Below are positions 24,726-39,540 of a DNA stretch of 64,000 nt, one piece after another. Source of the DNA: Octopus vulgaris (taxonomy: Eukaryota); contig OX597815.1 of NCBI GenBank assembly GCA_951406725.2, positions 200,570,001 to 200,634,000 of the forward strand. The letters are read 5' to 3'. Position numbers and translations under genes: made by a program. The notes below the pieces were generated by a model that was not told the origin of the DNA, made no database searches, and was given only the letters and a program-made list of their open reading frames with translations. Numbering within the stretch: the stretch's first letter is position 1; each line of letters starts with the position of its first letter.

Positions 24726-26505
24726 ATATACATATATATAGGATACAGGAGAGACACGTTTCTAATAAATTATTTCGGGTGGATATGAACTTTGCACACA
24801 TATGAACACGTATTCTCAAATGCAGCGAAACAAAGCAGGTTACTGAGAAGTTATGTATTCATAGATGCATAAATACATGCACATATATGTATATGCTTGC
24901 GTGTATGTGCGAAGAAGAGAGAATTCGTTTGTGTGTGTAATTCTAGTAGTAAAGAAATAAATCACTCTTTGGCACTCACAATTAAAATAATTAAGACGTA
25001 GGAACACGCTGAGAACAATACTGTATATTGCATAAATTTAATTAAGAATTATATTTTCCAGAAATTTACAAGTGATTCATTCAATGGGAGCACATCAAGC
25101 AAATAACCTATTTGTTTTATTTGATACAATTTATAATATAATACATGAAGGTTATTTCGAAATATATTCATCAGAATATAGCTGTTACAGAGTTTGTAGG
25201 TTTTTTTTATATATATAATTACAATAAATTTGGAAGACGCATGTCATGCATAGATAATGCGGTATGAAAAATCGAAGGGCGGGGAATAATTAAAGCGTTA
25301 GGTGGATAATTAATTTTGGTAAGAAAAGAATTTTTGAGTAAAAATTAATGGAGGAAAAGATGCGGGTAGTGTGCAAAATATTAAATGCCTGAAAACATGA
25401 GTCAAAATGCGTTGAAATAAACTTTCATATAAAGAAATTGGAAGGTAAAAGATTAAGTTTTAACCAATCAAAAATAATAGTAAGCAATGTTACGTAAAAT
25501 TATTTTCTCAGCCTGTGGCTCTGAAGCAAGCGTTAAATAGATAACATACTTCTTATCGTAGTGATAAATTTCTAGGCTTGTAGAAAGCATATGATTTGAA
25601 GCCCTGCTATTACGCGTAGAAATTCTAAAGTTATGTTTGTATAGGAAGTTGCCTTTAGCAAATCGGATATTTAAGCTCCTCCACAAATTTCAAATTCGCT
25701 TTTCTTCCCACTAGAACTTATCTCTGGTACCATTTCCTATATGAGTATGTCGAGTCTTTCTCTCTTAACTTATAATTGAATAATGTGAGTAACATGCCGC
25801 ACGTTGCATTTTGGAATAGGAAACCTCGTTGGTTGAAGCAAAAAGCAAAGAAATAATAATGTAGAAAGAAATAAAGAAAACAACGTAGAAATACAATACA
25901 TCAGAAAGCCTAAATGCTACATCCAGAAATTCTGATGGTTACTATAAATAATGACACAAAATCCGTATCCTTTGAATAATTGATGTATTTTGTTGCATTC
26001 TGTTAGTCGCATGCGGCTTACAGTTATTCAGCAACAGCTACCACGTTATATTGTTCCTTTTAAGTGCAGGCATTTAGATATATGTTTGTGATGTAATAAA
26101 GAACCGCCAATGCAATCTGGCGTTGGATACTAACCTAAATCAAGCAGATTCTGTGGAAAATTTTATCAATCAAATACCTCATTGCACTAAAAGCACATAT
26201 AAGTGATCGTGTGTGATGTTCAACCCTTTGACTTGGTCCTGCATGTGAGAAAGTTCATGACCGTACTGAGAAGGTTGTGAAATATAGGAATGGAGTACTT
26301 TTTAATATTGAAATGCATAGATTTGTAATTTATATGAGGAAACGTTTATACTAGCAAATCATAACATGAGATTTTTCCATAGTGTTGTTTTTATGTTTCT
26401 ATTATTTTTTAAATACCATTTTACAATGGATCTCGCACGTAATTTTCGCGATAAAAGTATTTCAAGATTTGGTGAAACTTACCATGTGTTTGTGGGCCAC
26501 TGTCT

Positions 26506-27146
26506 TCACCGCTTGACATCTTTATAGAGAAGCCATTTCTCGTCACCAGTCACTATTCGGTCCAAAAAACGGTTCGTTCCCGAGACGTGACAGCAAAGAA
26601 AAAAACGCCCTTTCATTTTCTGCGTGCGATTAGACTTGGAAAGTTTGCGAGGAATCCATTGACCCAACTTGCTGGCTTCTCTGATGGTGCGCAGTAGTGG
26701 ATGAATAGTCGAATGACGAAATCCAAGATTCTCAACAGTTAAGATGGGCTCTTGTTCCACCAGGTTTTGCAGGACGTCCTCGTAAAGCTCTACAGACCTT
26801 CCAGGACGAGGTTCTAGGCTGTAGTTTCCGGCTCGGAATTTCTGGAACCACCGTTGACATTGGGTTACGCTAACTATCCATTCCCCATATACTGCATTAA
26901 TATTCCTCGCACTTTCCGATGCGTCATAGTCTTTATTAAAATCATAAAGCAAAATATGACGAATATGCTCCTTTACCAAACGAAAAAAAAGTTAAAGTCG
27001 AACAACACTCTTCAAAATTACACTAAGAAAAAGGACGAGGTAAAATTACTACCCGCTTTTATATCAAGTTGATGCATGTTGCATATATTCACCCCCTACG
27101 ACTTCAGTTCATGCAATTGAAACCGCATTATTTATGGGATGACCTA

Positions 27147-27149
<3 letters not shown>
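26506..27149 (-). mobile_element. Mariner transposon, left TIR plus truncated transposase
   Basis: ORF 26506-26979 with RWFQKFRAG, WIPRKL (WVPHEL-like) and IVTGDEKW; terminus TTAGGTCATCCCATAAATAATGCGGTTTC next to TA. Confidence 0.92.
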
Positions 27150-27230
<81 letters not shown>

Positions 27231-27233
<3 letters not shown>

Positions 27234-27422
27234 AATCCAAGCATGAAGAAAGAGAAATCACAACAACGCGAGTAACGAGTATAGTGTTATTAGAAGCTCA
27301 GGAAAGGAAAGAAAGGGGATTTAACAATTCGAGCGGAGCTCTTCGTCAGATACATAAAAAAAGGAAAGGTTCAAGGAAGGGAAGACGGAAAAAGAAAATC
27401 GCCAACGATACACACGCGGTCA
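27231..27422 (-). mobile_element. Family P2 copy with HHR-like motif at 27321-27350
   Basis: Minus strand CTGACGA-A-GAGC(tcc)GCTC-GAATTGTT; homologous to 39541-39740 and 915-957; embedded in (GA)n/(TA)n. Confidence 0.65.
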
Positions 27423-27440
27423 AAGAGAGAGAGAGAGAGG

Positions 27441-27498
<58 letters not shown>

Positions 27499-27564
27499 GA
27501 GAGAGAGACCGAGTGTGTAATCAATATACATAAAGGAAGCTTGTTTTACACTAGCTTTAATAAT

Positions 27565-27798
27565 ATTTCTTTATTGCCCACAAGAGGATAAACATAGAGG
27601 GGACAAACAAGGACAAACAAAGGGATTAAGTCGATTACATCAACCCCAGTGCAAAACTGGTACTTTCTTTATCGACCCTGAAAGGATGAAAGGCAAAGTC
27701 GACCCCGTTGGCATTTGAACTCAGAACGTGTAGACAAACGAAATACTCCTAAGCATTTCGTCCAGCGTCCTAACGATTTCGCCAGCTCACCAGTCTTA
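27565..27798 (-). mobile_element. tRNA-derived SINE family S3
   Basis: Homologous to 42467-42699; B-box-like GAGTTCAAATGCC; ends GGGCAATAAAGAAAT. Confidence 0.85.
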
Positions 27799-28543
27799 AT
27801 AAATAATCTAGCTTTAATAAATAATCATCAAACATTGCCTTGAATGATCACTCCATATTTTCATTTGAGTGATATATACATGATATAGCTGCAGCTAAAT
27901 ACCTACAAGTTTCAGCATGGGTACCCGAGAATATACACACACGTACAAACAAATATACTTCCGTATATGTATATACACTCATAAAGACAGCGAATATAAG
28001 GCTGCTCTCATAAATGGTTATGAGCACAAGCATTATGGGTACAAGACAAAACCAGTTATAGGGCCATTTAGCTCGCTCAATAAAAGTATCTCAGTGTAAC
28101 ACTTACACAGGTTATTGAGACATAACCATTTGCTAAGTAATTAGGAAAGCGAAATATCCTCTAATGAGGTGTTTTATCGCTAAAAATCAAGCGTCGAGGG
28201 AGCTAAGTGATTTAAACTTTTGTTTTTAGGGTCAGTTGCACGGACATGAAACAATTCTATTTTAATCTCTGAAAATGTTATTTTAGATACTGTCAAACTC
28301 AGGGAATTCTAAACGCTAATTGAAGATTGTGTGAAACGCTGTTTTCTCTGTTTGCAGTATTTAGAATGCAGATCTGTGACAACATATTTTCGAATTATGT
28401 TTGCTTGTTTCTTTTTTTATTCGCATTATAATTGCACGTGTCAAAACCATCGCTTCATGTTGTGGTGATTCCATGCATTTTAATCTGCAACTATCAGACA
28501 CAACGTGTCTCATTCATTTACAACTTATTCTAATTATATGTTA

Positions 28544-28940
28544 CTAGCAGTATCGCCAGGCGTTGCTCGGGTTTGTAAGGGAAATAACTATATACTCATT
28601 TTTTAGAGAGTTATAGCCAAAAAATAGCAAAAACATGCATTAAAAAAGGAAAAAAAAACCGATGGTAATTTTTTTAAAAATTGTTGACTCATCGTAGACA
28701 TTTTTAGAGAGTTACTTCCTTTATAAAATAGCGAAAAAATGCATTAAAATGGAAAAAAATGATGGTTTTTTTTTTAAATCGTAGACTCATCGTAGACGCG
28801 CGCTAATTCCCAGACGGGCTCGATATGAATCACGACTATAAGATACCCGGTTTTGGTTAAACTGCACCGCAAAATGTGGGAGTAGTTAGGAATCTAAATC
28901 GTAGGAGACAGACACACAACTTCACTTTTATATATAAAAA
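28544..28940 (-). mobile_element. Non-autonomous Helitron, copy 2 (internal tandem subrepeat)
   Basis: 3' hairpin plus CTAG; homologous to copies 1, 3 and 4. Confidence 0.9.
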
Positions 28941-29154
28941 TATTTAGATATGTTTTGTTTGCTTTCTTCTACCTATCTTCATATTTTTTCGGCACTCAAA
29001 TGCCCTATGATTTTCCTATGAATCTCTTCATCCTACTATCATCGTTTAGCATTCTGTTTTATGAATTTTCATTTATGCTTGTATTCTGAAACACGTGTGT
29101 TTTCTAGGATTCCTGCAGTTTCTGTTTTATATATAAAAACAAGCTTATGAATAC

Positions 29155-29991
29155 ATGTATCACATCTCTGGCAAGGGCTTTGAAATAAAACCAAGAAGAA
29201 GTTCCAGACACCCAGCTGAGTACTTGACAGACACTGACTTTGCTGACGACATCGCTCTTATCAGTGATTCTCTCTCCAATGCCCAGTCTCTCTTACAATC
29301 TCTTGAACAAGCCTCAAATTGTGTAGGTCTTTACCTCAATGAGACCAAAACTGAATACATAAACAAGTGCCTGTCCAACAGTGATTGCATCATCCACACT
29401 CTCAACAGTGCACCTTTAAATATGGTTTCTGATTATAAATATCTTGGGTCATACATATCATCATCTGGAAAAGACTTTCTAACTAGAAAGGGTATGGCCT
29501 GGTCAGCCTGTAATGACATGCATAAGATCTGGTCATCAAATCTAAGTAGAGACTTCAAACTTGAAATATTCAAAGCCACAGTCGAACCAATCCTACTATA
29601 TGGCTCAGAAACCTGGACGTTATCAAAGAAGCTTGAGAGGCGGTTGGATGGAACCTACACTCGCCTCCTTATGAGAGCTCAAAATCTCTCGTGGAGGCGC
29701 CATCCAACTAAAATGCAAATATATGGGAAATTACCACCTGTGTCATCTCTTGTGCAAGGTAGGAGAGTCCAGTTTGCTGGACATTGTTGTAGAGCTGAAA
29801 AAGAAATAATTTCTACTCTTCTCCTCTGGAAGCCATCTACTCGCAACACCAGAGGGCGCACACTCTCCTACCCTGATGTAATCTCCAGGGATACAGGCAT
29901 CCAGCAACAGGACCTCCGTAATGCTATGATGGACCGTGAAGTCTGGCTCAACATGGTAAATTCCATTGTCTCGACCACGGTCGAACAATGA
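29155..29991 (+). CDS. 5'-truncated RTE-clade LINE reverse transcriptase C-terminal part, uninterrupted frame
   Basis: DFADDIALI, YKYLGS, LLYGSETWTL, QFAGHC, DREVW motifs; the stop runs into an (ATG)n tail; candidate TSD ATCACA at 29159 and 30000. Confidence 0.93.
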   Translation: MYHISGKGFEIKPRRSSRHPAEYLTDTDFADDIALISDSLSNAQSLLQSLEQASNCVGLYLNETKTEYINKCLSNSDCIIHTLNSAPLNMVSDYKYLGSYISSSGKDFLTRKGMAWSACNDMHKIWSSNLSRDFKLEIFKATVEPILLYGSETWTLSKKLERRLDGTYTRLLMRAQNLSWRRHPTKMQIYGKLPPVSSLVQGRRVQFAGHCCRAEKEIISTLLLWKPSTRNTRGRTLSYPDVISRDTGIQQQDLRNAMMDREVWLNMVNSIVSTTVEQ

Positions 29992-31995
29992 TGATGATGA
30001 TCACAGTTGCTCAGTCGCCATGTGAGATATAAAATATATCCGTTTTGGGTGAAACATCAAGCTCGCAAGCCCTGGATTAAGTTCACGCCTTATAAGTTTT
30101 ATAAAATAAAGATAAACTAATCGCTCAAGTATTGCAAGCAAATTAATTGAAACTTTCTCTTTTTTCTATATAGATAAATGATAGTTTATCGATGTCCTAA
30201 CAAAGAAGATGGAACAGGCGTTAAAATGAATGACTTTCAGATCTTTTATGGTGGTATTAAAAAAAGTAACAATGAAGGGCAAATCCAATTTTTATACTAA
30301 GCCTACGTTTAATCTCTTGTCATATTCCTAATTATATAACCGCATCTACTTCAGCTGAAAAAATGCTGACAAGTACAGAAATAAATTAGATACGTTTGGA
30401 AATATTGAAAAGATAAACAGATAAAATATCCGAATGCTAACTAAATAATTAAAGCTCCTATACTTTGTCCATCCTTCTACAAAGAACTCTCTTCTCAGTA
30501 CAGTATTTTGTATTGTGTGAGGCCCCTAACCATAATCGGTAAACTTAAGATTGAATTAACTACGATAACTATTTGCAGTGATATAATGCTATCTTAGTGA
30601 TTTATTATTGACCACTATTGTATCCATGTATTCTAGAGAAGACACTTAAGAACGGATGGGCTTTACGAACATTACTTCGTCAAAATGCACAATATAAAAC
30701 ACATTAGTGTTATGCAAGCATCGAAACAACATATGCAACATGTGATTTCTAATCCTGCACGAGCAACCTATTATTAGGCCAATACATCAGTGGATACATT
30801 TTTTAGAGGAACATCATCAGGCTGTTCATGTGGCGAATGCTTGATTGTTCCTATTAGAAATGTAAGTTAAGTAGCATTGTGTAACTAATCTGGTTTGCCG
30901 AAATATAATTTTGAATGGTAGAAAGTATTTTCTACGTGTAGATTAATTTTGTTTAAACAGAAGAAGCATAATGCGAATTTTAGCAATGAATAGAAGAAAT
31001 GTATGAGGAAAACAACAGAATGAATAAATGGTGTTATCAGGAAAGATTACTTGTGATTTAATAAAGCAGATTAGTTCAAGATTATGAGATTAGTTGTAGT
31101 TTAGTGGTGGGTTTTATATACTATCGTAGTGCGAAAATAGAGAACCCACACGCCTTTTATCAAGTGTCTACATGTTTGTAATGGTAAACGGTTAAATAAA
31201 TTGGTTGGAAATAAATTTTCATAGAGAATGTAATACTTTACGAATGCAGAAGAAATTTACAATGACAATAATCGGGTAAAACTGAAAAATCTAGATAAAT
31301 ATATATTTGATATTTAGCATCATCCTTATACGCATTAGAAACATGGACGTTTTCTTCTTTATGCAAGACCACGAATGCAATATAAAGTATCCCGACAAAT
31401 GACTACATTTATTTATTCATGAGACACGTTATACATTTTAGGTTCATAACCTCAATAGGTGCAGTCACAACTAATTTGATATATATTTCTTTAGAATAAA
31501 TAATTGATTGCCTTACATCAATTTTCAATTTTGAATTGCCATGTCTATGTCACCAATACTATTTCATTACGTGCAACACAATATTCAGATAACAACCAAT
31601 ATTACCCTTCTTTAATATTTATTTATTAGTTTTTTTGCACGTGAAATACATTTCAAATACATTCGTTTCATTGTAAAACAATGTAGCTGTCATTTCGACT
31701 GACAGTTGTATGCTAAGCGTATTACAAATAAGCGAAATATTGCTTAATATAAAAGCAAAATTGCATTTCATCGCAACAGCCATCGACCTAAAGATATAAA
31801 ACCAATTGAGATTGGGATCGCTTTAGGTTCAATCATTGTTCAGAAAATAATTTATACGTTTTCATTCATATATTTTATTGAAGGAAATTGTCAACATGTA
31901 AATATTTCCCCAATAAATAAACGGGCACAATATTCGCAAACTTCCAGGAATAATATTGCATATTTCATGCACATAGAACTAATACACACATACAT

Positions 31996-32060
<65 letters not shown>

Positions 32061-32248
32061 TGTTGTAGCATATATATATGAGCGCGTGCGTTGTATGAGA
32101 ATGTATGCATCCATAAGCTAATACGTATGTGCATATACATGTCAATTTATGTAGGTATAAAAATATATATCTATGAATAAATATATATATAATGTAGATA
32201 TACACACATAGAGGCACATACACATACACACACTTATATACATACAGT

Positions 32249-32323
<75 letters not shown>

Positions 32324-32608
32324 GTGTGTATGTATATATACTTATTTTTCAGTGCGGTGTGGTAGAGGACCTTAGAGCAGTAATATGAACGTCATATGAG
32401 AAAGGAAAAGGAAGATTATATTATGAACATGACCTAACAACCGTTTCTGCTATAGATGGAGTGGAATTACAGTTCAGTGCCAGAATAATATACTGCAGCC
32501 TCATCGGAGACTTGAACATGAAATGTAAATTTAGCCGGGATTACGAGTTAGAAAATATATACACATTTGTATGTATGTATGTATGTATGCATGTATGCAT
32601 CTCTCTAA

Positions 32609-32693
<85 letters not shown>

Positions 32694-32738
32694 ATCATAT
32701 ATACACATCAATAATATATATATATATATATATTATAT

Positions 32739-32777
<39 letters not shown>

Positions 32778-32783
32778 CATGCA

Positions 32784-32851
<68 letters not shown>

Positions 32852-33573
32852 AAAGAGGGTGAAAATTAGATATTCATTTAATAATATCATCAATTTAACA
32901 CCAAGCGGCTTAGCACATAAAAACCAGGGATACAATACAAATTTATACCTAAATATGAGAGATCGACCACTATGTGGTCTACTGTAGTGCTAAAAATAGA
33001 TCCACTATGGTATAGCCACTAAAAAATTGTTTCCAAGGAGAAATAACATAACATTTAACGTGGGGCAAGTGAAAAATAAAGAAAAAATAGATTAACCCTG
33101 AACAATTGTTTCATTATTATTGTAAATGCAATTTTACTTACTCAACATCCATAAATCATCAGCAGGCGTTTGTCTTAAATACATATATAGACACACATAT
33201 ATATATACATACACAGTGCGCTATGGGTTAGTAGTATTTTTTTCATCGCGCATGCACATTGGTTGCTTTTGATTTTGTCGTCACTTCAAGGGAACCGACT
33301 TTGAGAAAAAACAACACCATTAAGCAATTCACTCTGCCAGAATTTGGGTAATGACATGCTGTACTGATTGGCATTCACGCCGGAAGCTCCAATATGAAGC
33401 ACCGGCATCTCCAATACGAAGCGCCAGAAGCTCCAATGTGAACATTTACCAATACGAACACGTGGTGTTGACAACAGACTGATGTATTAGTTTAACGCCC
33501 GGGAAGTGAAAAAGTTCTTAACGTACATATTATGCACAGCAAAGGGAAATCAGAACGACTGCAATAAAATTAA

Positions 33574-33960
33574 ATATATAAAAGTGAGGTTGTGTGTCTG
33601 TTTCCTACGATTTAGATTCCTAACTACTCCCACATTTTGCGGTGCAGTTTAACCAAAAGCGGGTATCTTATAGTCGTGATACATATCGAGCCCTTCTGGG
33701 TATTAGCGCGCGTCTACGATGAGTCTACGATAAAAAAAAAATACCATCAATTTTTCCCATTTTTAATACATTTTGGGCATATATAAGGGAAGTAACTCTC
33801 TAAAATTTTTTATTAAATCTCAGAACGTAAAAACCTACAGTAACACTCCCTCACCTTTGTTGTTAGCCATATTGAGATGGCTATTATACATTACATCTCT
33901 AAAAATGCTTATATAGTTATTTCCCTTACAAACCCGAGCAACGCCGGGCGATATTGCTAG
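33574..33960 (+). mobile_element. Non-autonomous Helitron, copy 3, carrying a family A fragment
   Basis: Ends CCCGAGCAACGCCGGG-CGATATTG-CTAG then T; 5' TC missing; 33835-33883 matches family A. Confidence 0.9.
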
Positions 33961-34207
33961 TTAAATATATAAGGCCTAGCTAGGATATAATCACATTCCC
34001 TTTATAGTTACTTCATCCGTGAATGAGTAGTGATGTTCTACTGTCTACTTATTTGTCCTCATGCGAAACGTAACGGATTTCTTCTCCAACAGATACGATA
34101 CACTATTCACCTCCTTCATACAACATTAATAAGTACTGTGGCATATATGTTGAATGTAATATAATATAGGTGTAACTATGCTAGAGTCAAGTTAGGTTTA
34201 TATAAAT

Positions 34208-34513
34208 AACGTCGCCCTTTTCAAGCCTAGCCAGGCTCATGGGCCCTGTTTCCTGGTTTCTGTGGCGTATGTGTTCCCTCCAGCTGGACGGGATGCCAGT
34301 CCATCGTAGCGTTACTCAAGAAACAGAAAGTGAGAGTGAGAGAAAGTTGGGGCGAAAGAGTACAACAGGAGTCGCCACCAACCCCTGCCGGAGCATCGTG
34401 GAGCTTTTAGGTGTTTTCGCCCAGTAAACACACACAACGCCCGGTGTGGGAATGGAAACCGCGATCCTACTACAGCGAGTCCGCTGCCCTAACCACTGAG
34501 ACATTTCGCCTCC
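34208..34513 (-). mobile_element. tRNA-derived SINE family S2, full length
   Basis: Head GGAGGCGAAATGTCTCAGTGGTTAGGGCAGCGGAC matches 36753; 3' block GATGGACTGGCATCCCGTCCAG. Confidence 0.85.
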
Positions 34514-35252
34514 ACAATACCACATTAGTATTGAATATTTAGCTTGGTATGGTTGTGTTCGAACACTCATCACTGCATTAAACTGTCATAACGTTGTTAA
34601 TCTCATCATCAGAGAGGAGTGGTGACGAAAAGTGTACGATCTTTACTCACTTAGCAGTAAATTGTACAGCATTATGGGAATACCTGTGTAACAAGTTATA
34701 CTGTAAATTCCGCGTTTAGGAACCATATAACTGCTCTGATATTAGATATTGTGATTTATTTTATGTGAGATATACCAGCGTTTTGAAGGTTGAATTTTCG
34801 TTTTTTTTTTATTTTGCAATTAGCAAAGCTTCCGTATTTATTCCTCTGACATTCGAGGGGAAGTCTATAACGTATGATATTTTTGACTTATTTTCTCTTC
34901 TTTGCAAAAATTATTCACAGCCGCTTTGTGACCTACCGCAAAACACGCAAAGAGACTGGCATCATTACCATCACGTTATTCAAATGAGAAGACGTTCAGA
35001 ATTTAAAACGTTAATTCGGTAATCGATTTAGGATTAATTTATTTTATAGTCCCTTATGTTCCGAAATTAACATAAAGGACTATTAAGGAAATATGAAACG
35101 TACTGAATAAAAGAGCCGACATCAAAATAGTCACGTTTTTAATATAAAATCTTCGAAAGAAAACGACATCCCTCTTTGCACATTCATATACACGCACGCA
35201 ATACACTGAAACAGATGGAAAATATATATTACGTACGTGCAAACACTCATAC

Positions 35253-35283
<31 letters not shown>

Positions 35284-35421
35284 CATACATACATGCATAC
35301 ATACATATATATATATACATATATATACGCACACATATATATGTGTATGTGTATATTTGTATATATATATATGTATATATATACACACACACACACATAT
35401 ATATATATGTGTGTATATTTG

Positions 35422-35477
<56 letters not shown>

Positions 35478-35479
35478 TC

Positions 35480-35981
<502 letters not shown>

Positions 35982-36069
35982 AATATGTCTATATCTATAT
36001 CTATATACATCTATCTATCTATCTATCTATTTAAATTTTTTTATTTTTTATTTTATTTATTTATTTTTT

Positions 36070-36230
36070 TGTTCTTTTCTTCCCTTTTACGATCCCTCTT
36101 GATCGAAAACCTACGCCACCCCATTTTTTTTGTTTCTTTTGTTTTGTGTTTTTTTTATCCCCCAAAAGAAAAGCTCTACCTTGTAACTTGTCCCATCTGT
36201 GTGCAGCCCTGTGTGGCCAATAAAGAAACT
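36070..36230 (+). mobile_element. Probable LINE 3' UTR fragment ending AATAAAGAAAC
   Basis: T-rich UTR-like sequence, poly(A) signal, within a (CTAT)n tract; last ~50 nt resemble the S3 SINE tail. Confidence 0.45.
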
Positions 36231-36752
36231 TATCTATCTATCTACCTATATATATATATATGTGTTACCACTTTTACTAGGTCGAGTGAAGTCCGAAATT
36301 TTGAGATTCTTAGTAATTTGGTACATAATTGCCACGACATTTTATCATATTGCCCTGCAGATCTCCAGAGAATCCCATTCTGAAAGAAGAAGGAATTGAA
36401 TCGCTTGTTGGTGTGATGTGTTGCGCAGACTATTCTCTTTTGGATCCTATTTATATAAACTCCACTGAATAAAGTAAAGGATGCATTATATTTTCACATG
36501 CTCATTTTCTATTCGGAGACAGTCTCAGCTCGTAGATAACTATATTCACAATCACGTAGAGAGTACACATTATATAATGAGAGGGAGTTAGGAATTAAAT
36601 ATCCATGTTAATAATATTGAGATTTTCAGAGATGAAATAACATTCAGACTTCTATTTCGTCGATTGAGAAAAGCATGTGTTCCTCACGTTCAGTCGGGTT
36701 AGTTAATCGAATAATTTGTAGATAATAACTTCGCCCAATCATGACACTCAAG

Positions 36753-36993
36753 GGAGGCGCAATGGCCCAGTGGTTAGGGCAGCGGACTTGCGGTCGGAGG
36801 ATCGCGGTTTCGATTCCCAGACCGGGCGCTGTGTGTGTTTATTGAGCAAAAACACCTAAAAAAGCTCCACGAGGCTCCGGCAGGGGATGGTGGTGATCCC
36901 TGCTGTACTCTTTCACCACTCTAAAGGCGGTGCTCCAGCATGGCCGCAGTCAAATGACTGAAACAAGTACAAAAAAAAAAAAAAAAAAAAAAA
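36753..36993 (+). mobile_element. Chimeric SINE: S2 5' half, S1 3' tail, A23
   Basis: 36753-36920 matches S2; 36921-36969 matches the S1 end; poly(A) at 36971-36993. Confidence 0.85.
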
Positions 36994-39089
36994 GGGAGAG
37001 AACTAGAAACACGTTGGAATCGACAGTCCTGAGATTTTGGCTCCCTTGGGTTTCGGCCAATACCGAAAACTAGAGAAAATTACAGATTTCCTTTTAAGTA
37101 CAATAACTGTTATAAAGTTTGAAGCATTCATTTCGAACAAACTTGTAATTCCTTTGAAGTACAGAATATGGTTTTGCCGAATTCTTACACACGCACACAC
37201 GTACACAAACACAATTGCATGCATAAATACGTACATATACACATACATTCATTCATACATACACACATACACACACAGGTATAAAAACTTACATTCATGT
37301 ATATGTGTTTATATGTATGCATATGTATTGTTCTGTATGTGCTCACATGTTTTCTTAAATATATGCTATTCATTTGGAACTAAAAGTAGCAAGCATGCTT
37401 CTAACATTTTCTTTAGGAAATGCTTTTTTGCTTACACTACCTTTTCCCTGTCGTGTAACTAGGTTTGTAACAGATGAGTTGTTTATTAAGTTGTTGAATA
37501 TAATTACAAATTACCTTAGCTTTATTACTTTTTATTGGTTTGATAAATCTTAATACGAATTCTCGAGCGGACACTTTCAGAAAGTTATTCTATTTCTTTT
37601 TTTTTTTCCCCTCCAATGAAAAATATATGTTGACTCGCTCCATACTTACAAACATAAATAACATCGTTTGAAATCTATGACATAGCATTGCTTCGATTGC
37701 CGATAGAGTAAATAATGGCCAGCTTTGATTAATCCATATGAGTATTTCAATAAAAATATTCCTAGCCTTTAGATGAAACTATAATTTCTGGTCATTAAAA
37801 CCAACAAAGACCTTCGTATTCCTAATCTTTAGAGTCTGTAACAAAATATCAGTACTTTTCCTATGCTATAATAAAACCAAAGGAAAAAACACATAAATCT
37901 TTTAATAAAATTACCAGCGTATTTCTACTAACATGTATTTACGTTTTCGTTTAATTTAATTTAGGAGTTTATGTATGCATTGAACGCAAGGTGGCTGACT
38001 TCAATCCTGGGGTGTAAGCACTAATCTATGAAATAAATCGATATTTTTTCCTTTTGATAATAAATGTAGCGCACACAAGTTGGCAGGAAAAAGAACATTG
38101 GAAATTTGATTTTCATATTCATGCATAACGAAGAAAAAAGAAAATATCATTTCTCGTAAAAAAAAAAAAAAAATATTAAAAAAAAAACTATAATAAATCA
38201 AACATAGAAATCGAAGAATTTAAAAAAGAAAGAAATTTACCCCTTATCTTGTAATATTGAATTCTACATGCACCAACTGGATTACAGGATATAATATATC
38301 ATATGCATAGACACAAAAGAAGCACAAGAATAGGAACACAAACAGCCAGTAACGAACATGTATAGACACACAACGAGGCGCATACAGATATAATCCCGTG
38401 CACATACTCATCACATAATACATATTACTACGCACACTAAGAAACACATGCAGATATGTATATGCATATATGTATGTGTTTCAGCGTTTTTAGATATGAG
38501 TGTGTGCGTGTATATGTGTAAGCAAATCTATGAACGAAAATATTAGTACATGTGTATACAACATCCATCCAATAATCTGTACATTGATAACATAACGGCG
38601 CCACAGAAGTATTATATATGAGATTTCAGTAGTATTCGTCGAAATTTGTTCAACTTCCACTGAAAGTAAAAAGAAAAAAGAAAACAGAGTTTTAGAATAT
38701 AATGCGTTATTTAATATGAAGGTATTTTATTTAATATATATGAGTTTGCATCTGTAGGAATCTAACCCTTACTATTTCGCTATGTATGTGTGCATGTGCG
38801 TATACATATATTATATATGCATAAATACATGCTTACGTACTCACACACACATGCATATGTATATATATATATATATATACATATATATGTCGAACGATAA
38901 GAACAAGTGCTCAACGCCGCATTGGTGGATAAAATTTCTTTATTTGTGTATGAAAGCAACCATTGGCTTTATATTAAGAATACAACCACAAAAACATACA
39001 CGCACACACACACACACAAACACACTCTCTCTCTCACACACATGCATGTAAAACAAATATGTCTATTCCACACGGGTATACATACGTAC

Positions 39090-39140
<51 letters not shown>

Positions 39141-39540
39141 TATATATATATATATATGTGTATATATATATATATATAACATTTAAATAATGAAGGATAT
39201 AAATTGAATATTAATTTAATTAATATCAATTTAAAACCAGTAGCCTAGCATAAAAAATCTGAATAATCAGAGAAAATTCTAATACATGTGTATCTTGAAC
39301 GGACGAAGGATTACGTAAATGATTCATTCGTTAATAGGCGAAATCGCCGGTCTGCGATTAATTCTTGTTTTTTTTATATAATTTTCATCTGTCTTGCTCG
39401 CATATTGTTCTGGTGTCCGCTGAATTTTTCTCTAGAGAACATTCTTTTCTTTGTTGTTTGATCGTAGGTGATCTACTTCTAGCATATGGCTGACCACATA
39501 GTGGTTTTTTAGCACTTTAAAAAAAAAAAATATATATATA

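Noticed and set aside
26140-26330. Possible transposase C-terminus (also ~58590-58715 minus)
   Set aside because: Too degenerate to support by eye
36753-36825. tRNA-like sequences (also at 565, 2358, 34440, 42620)
   Set aside because: They continue into SINE bodies and lack complete cloverleafs, so they are SINE heads rather than tRNA genes
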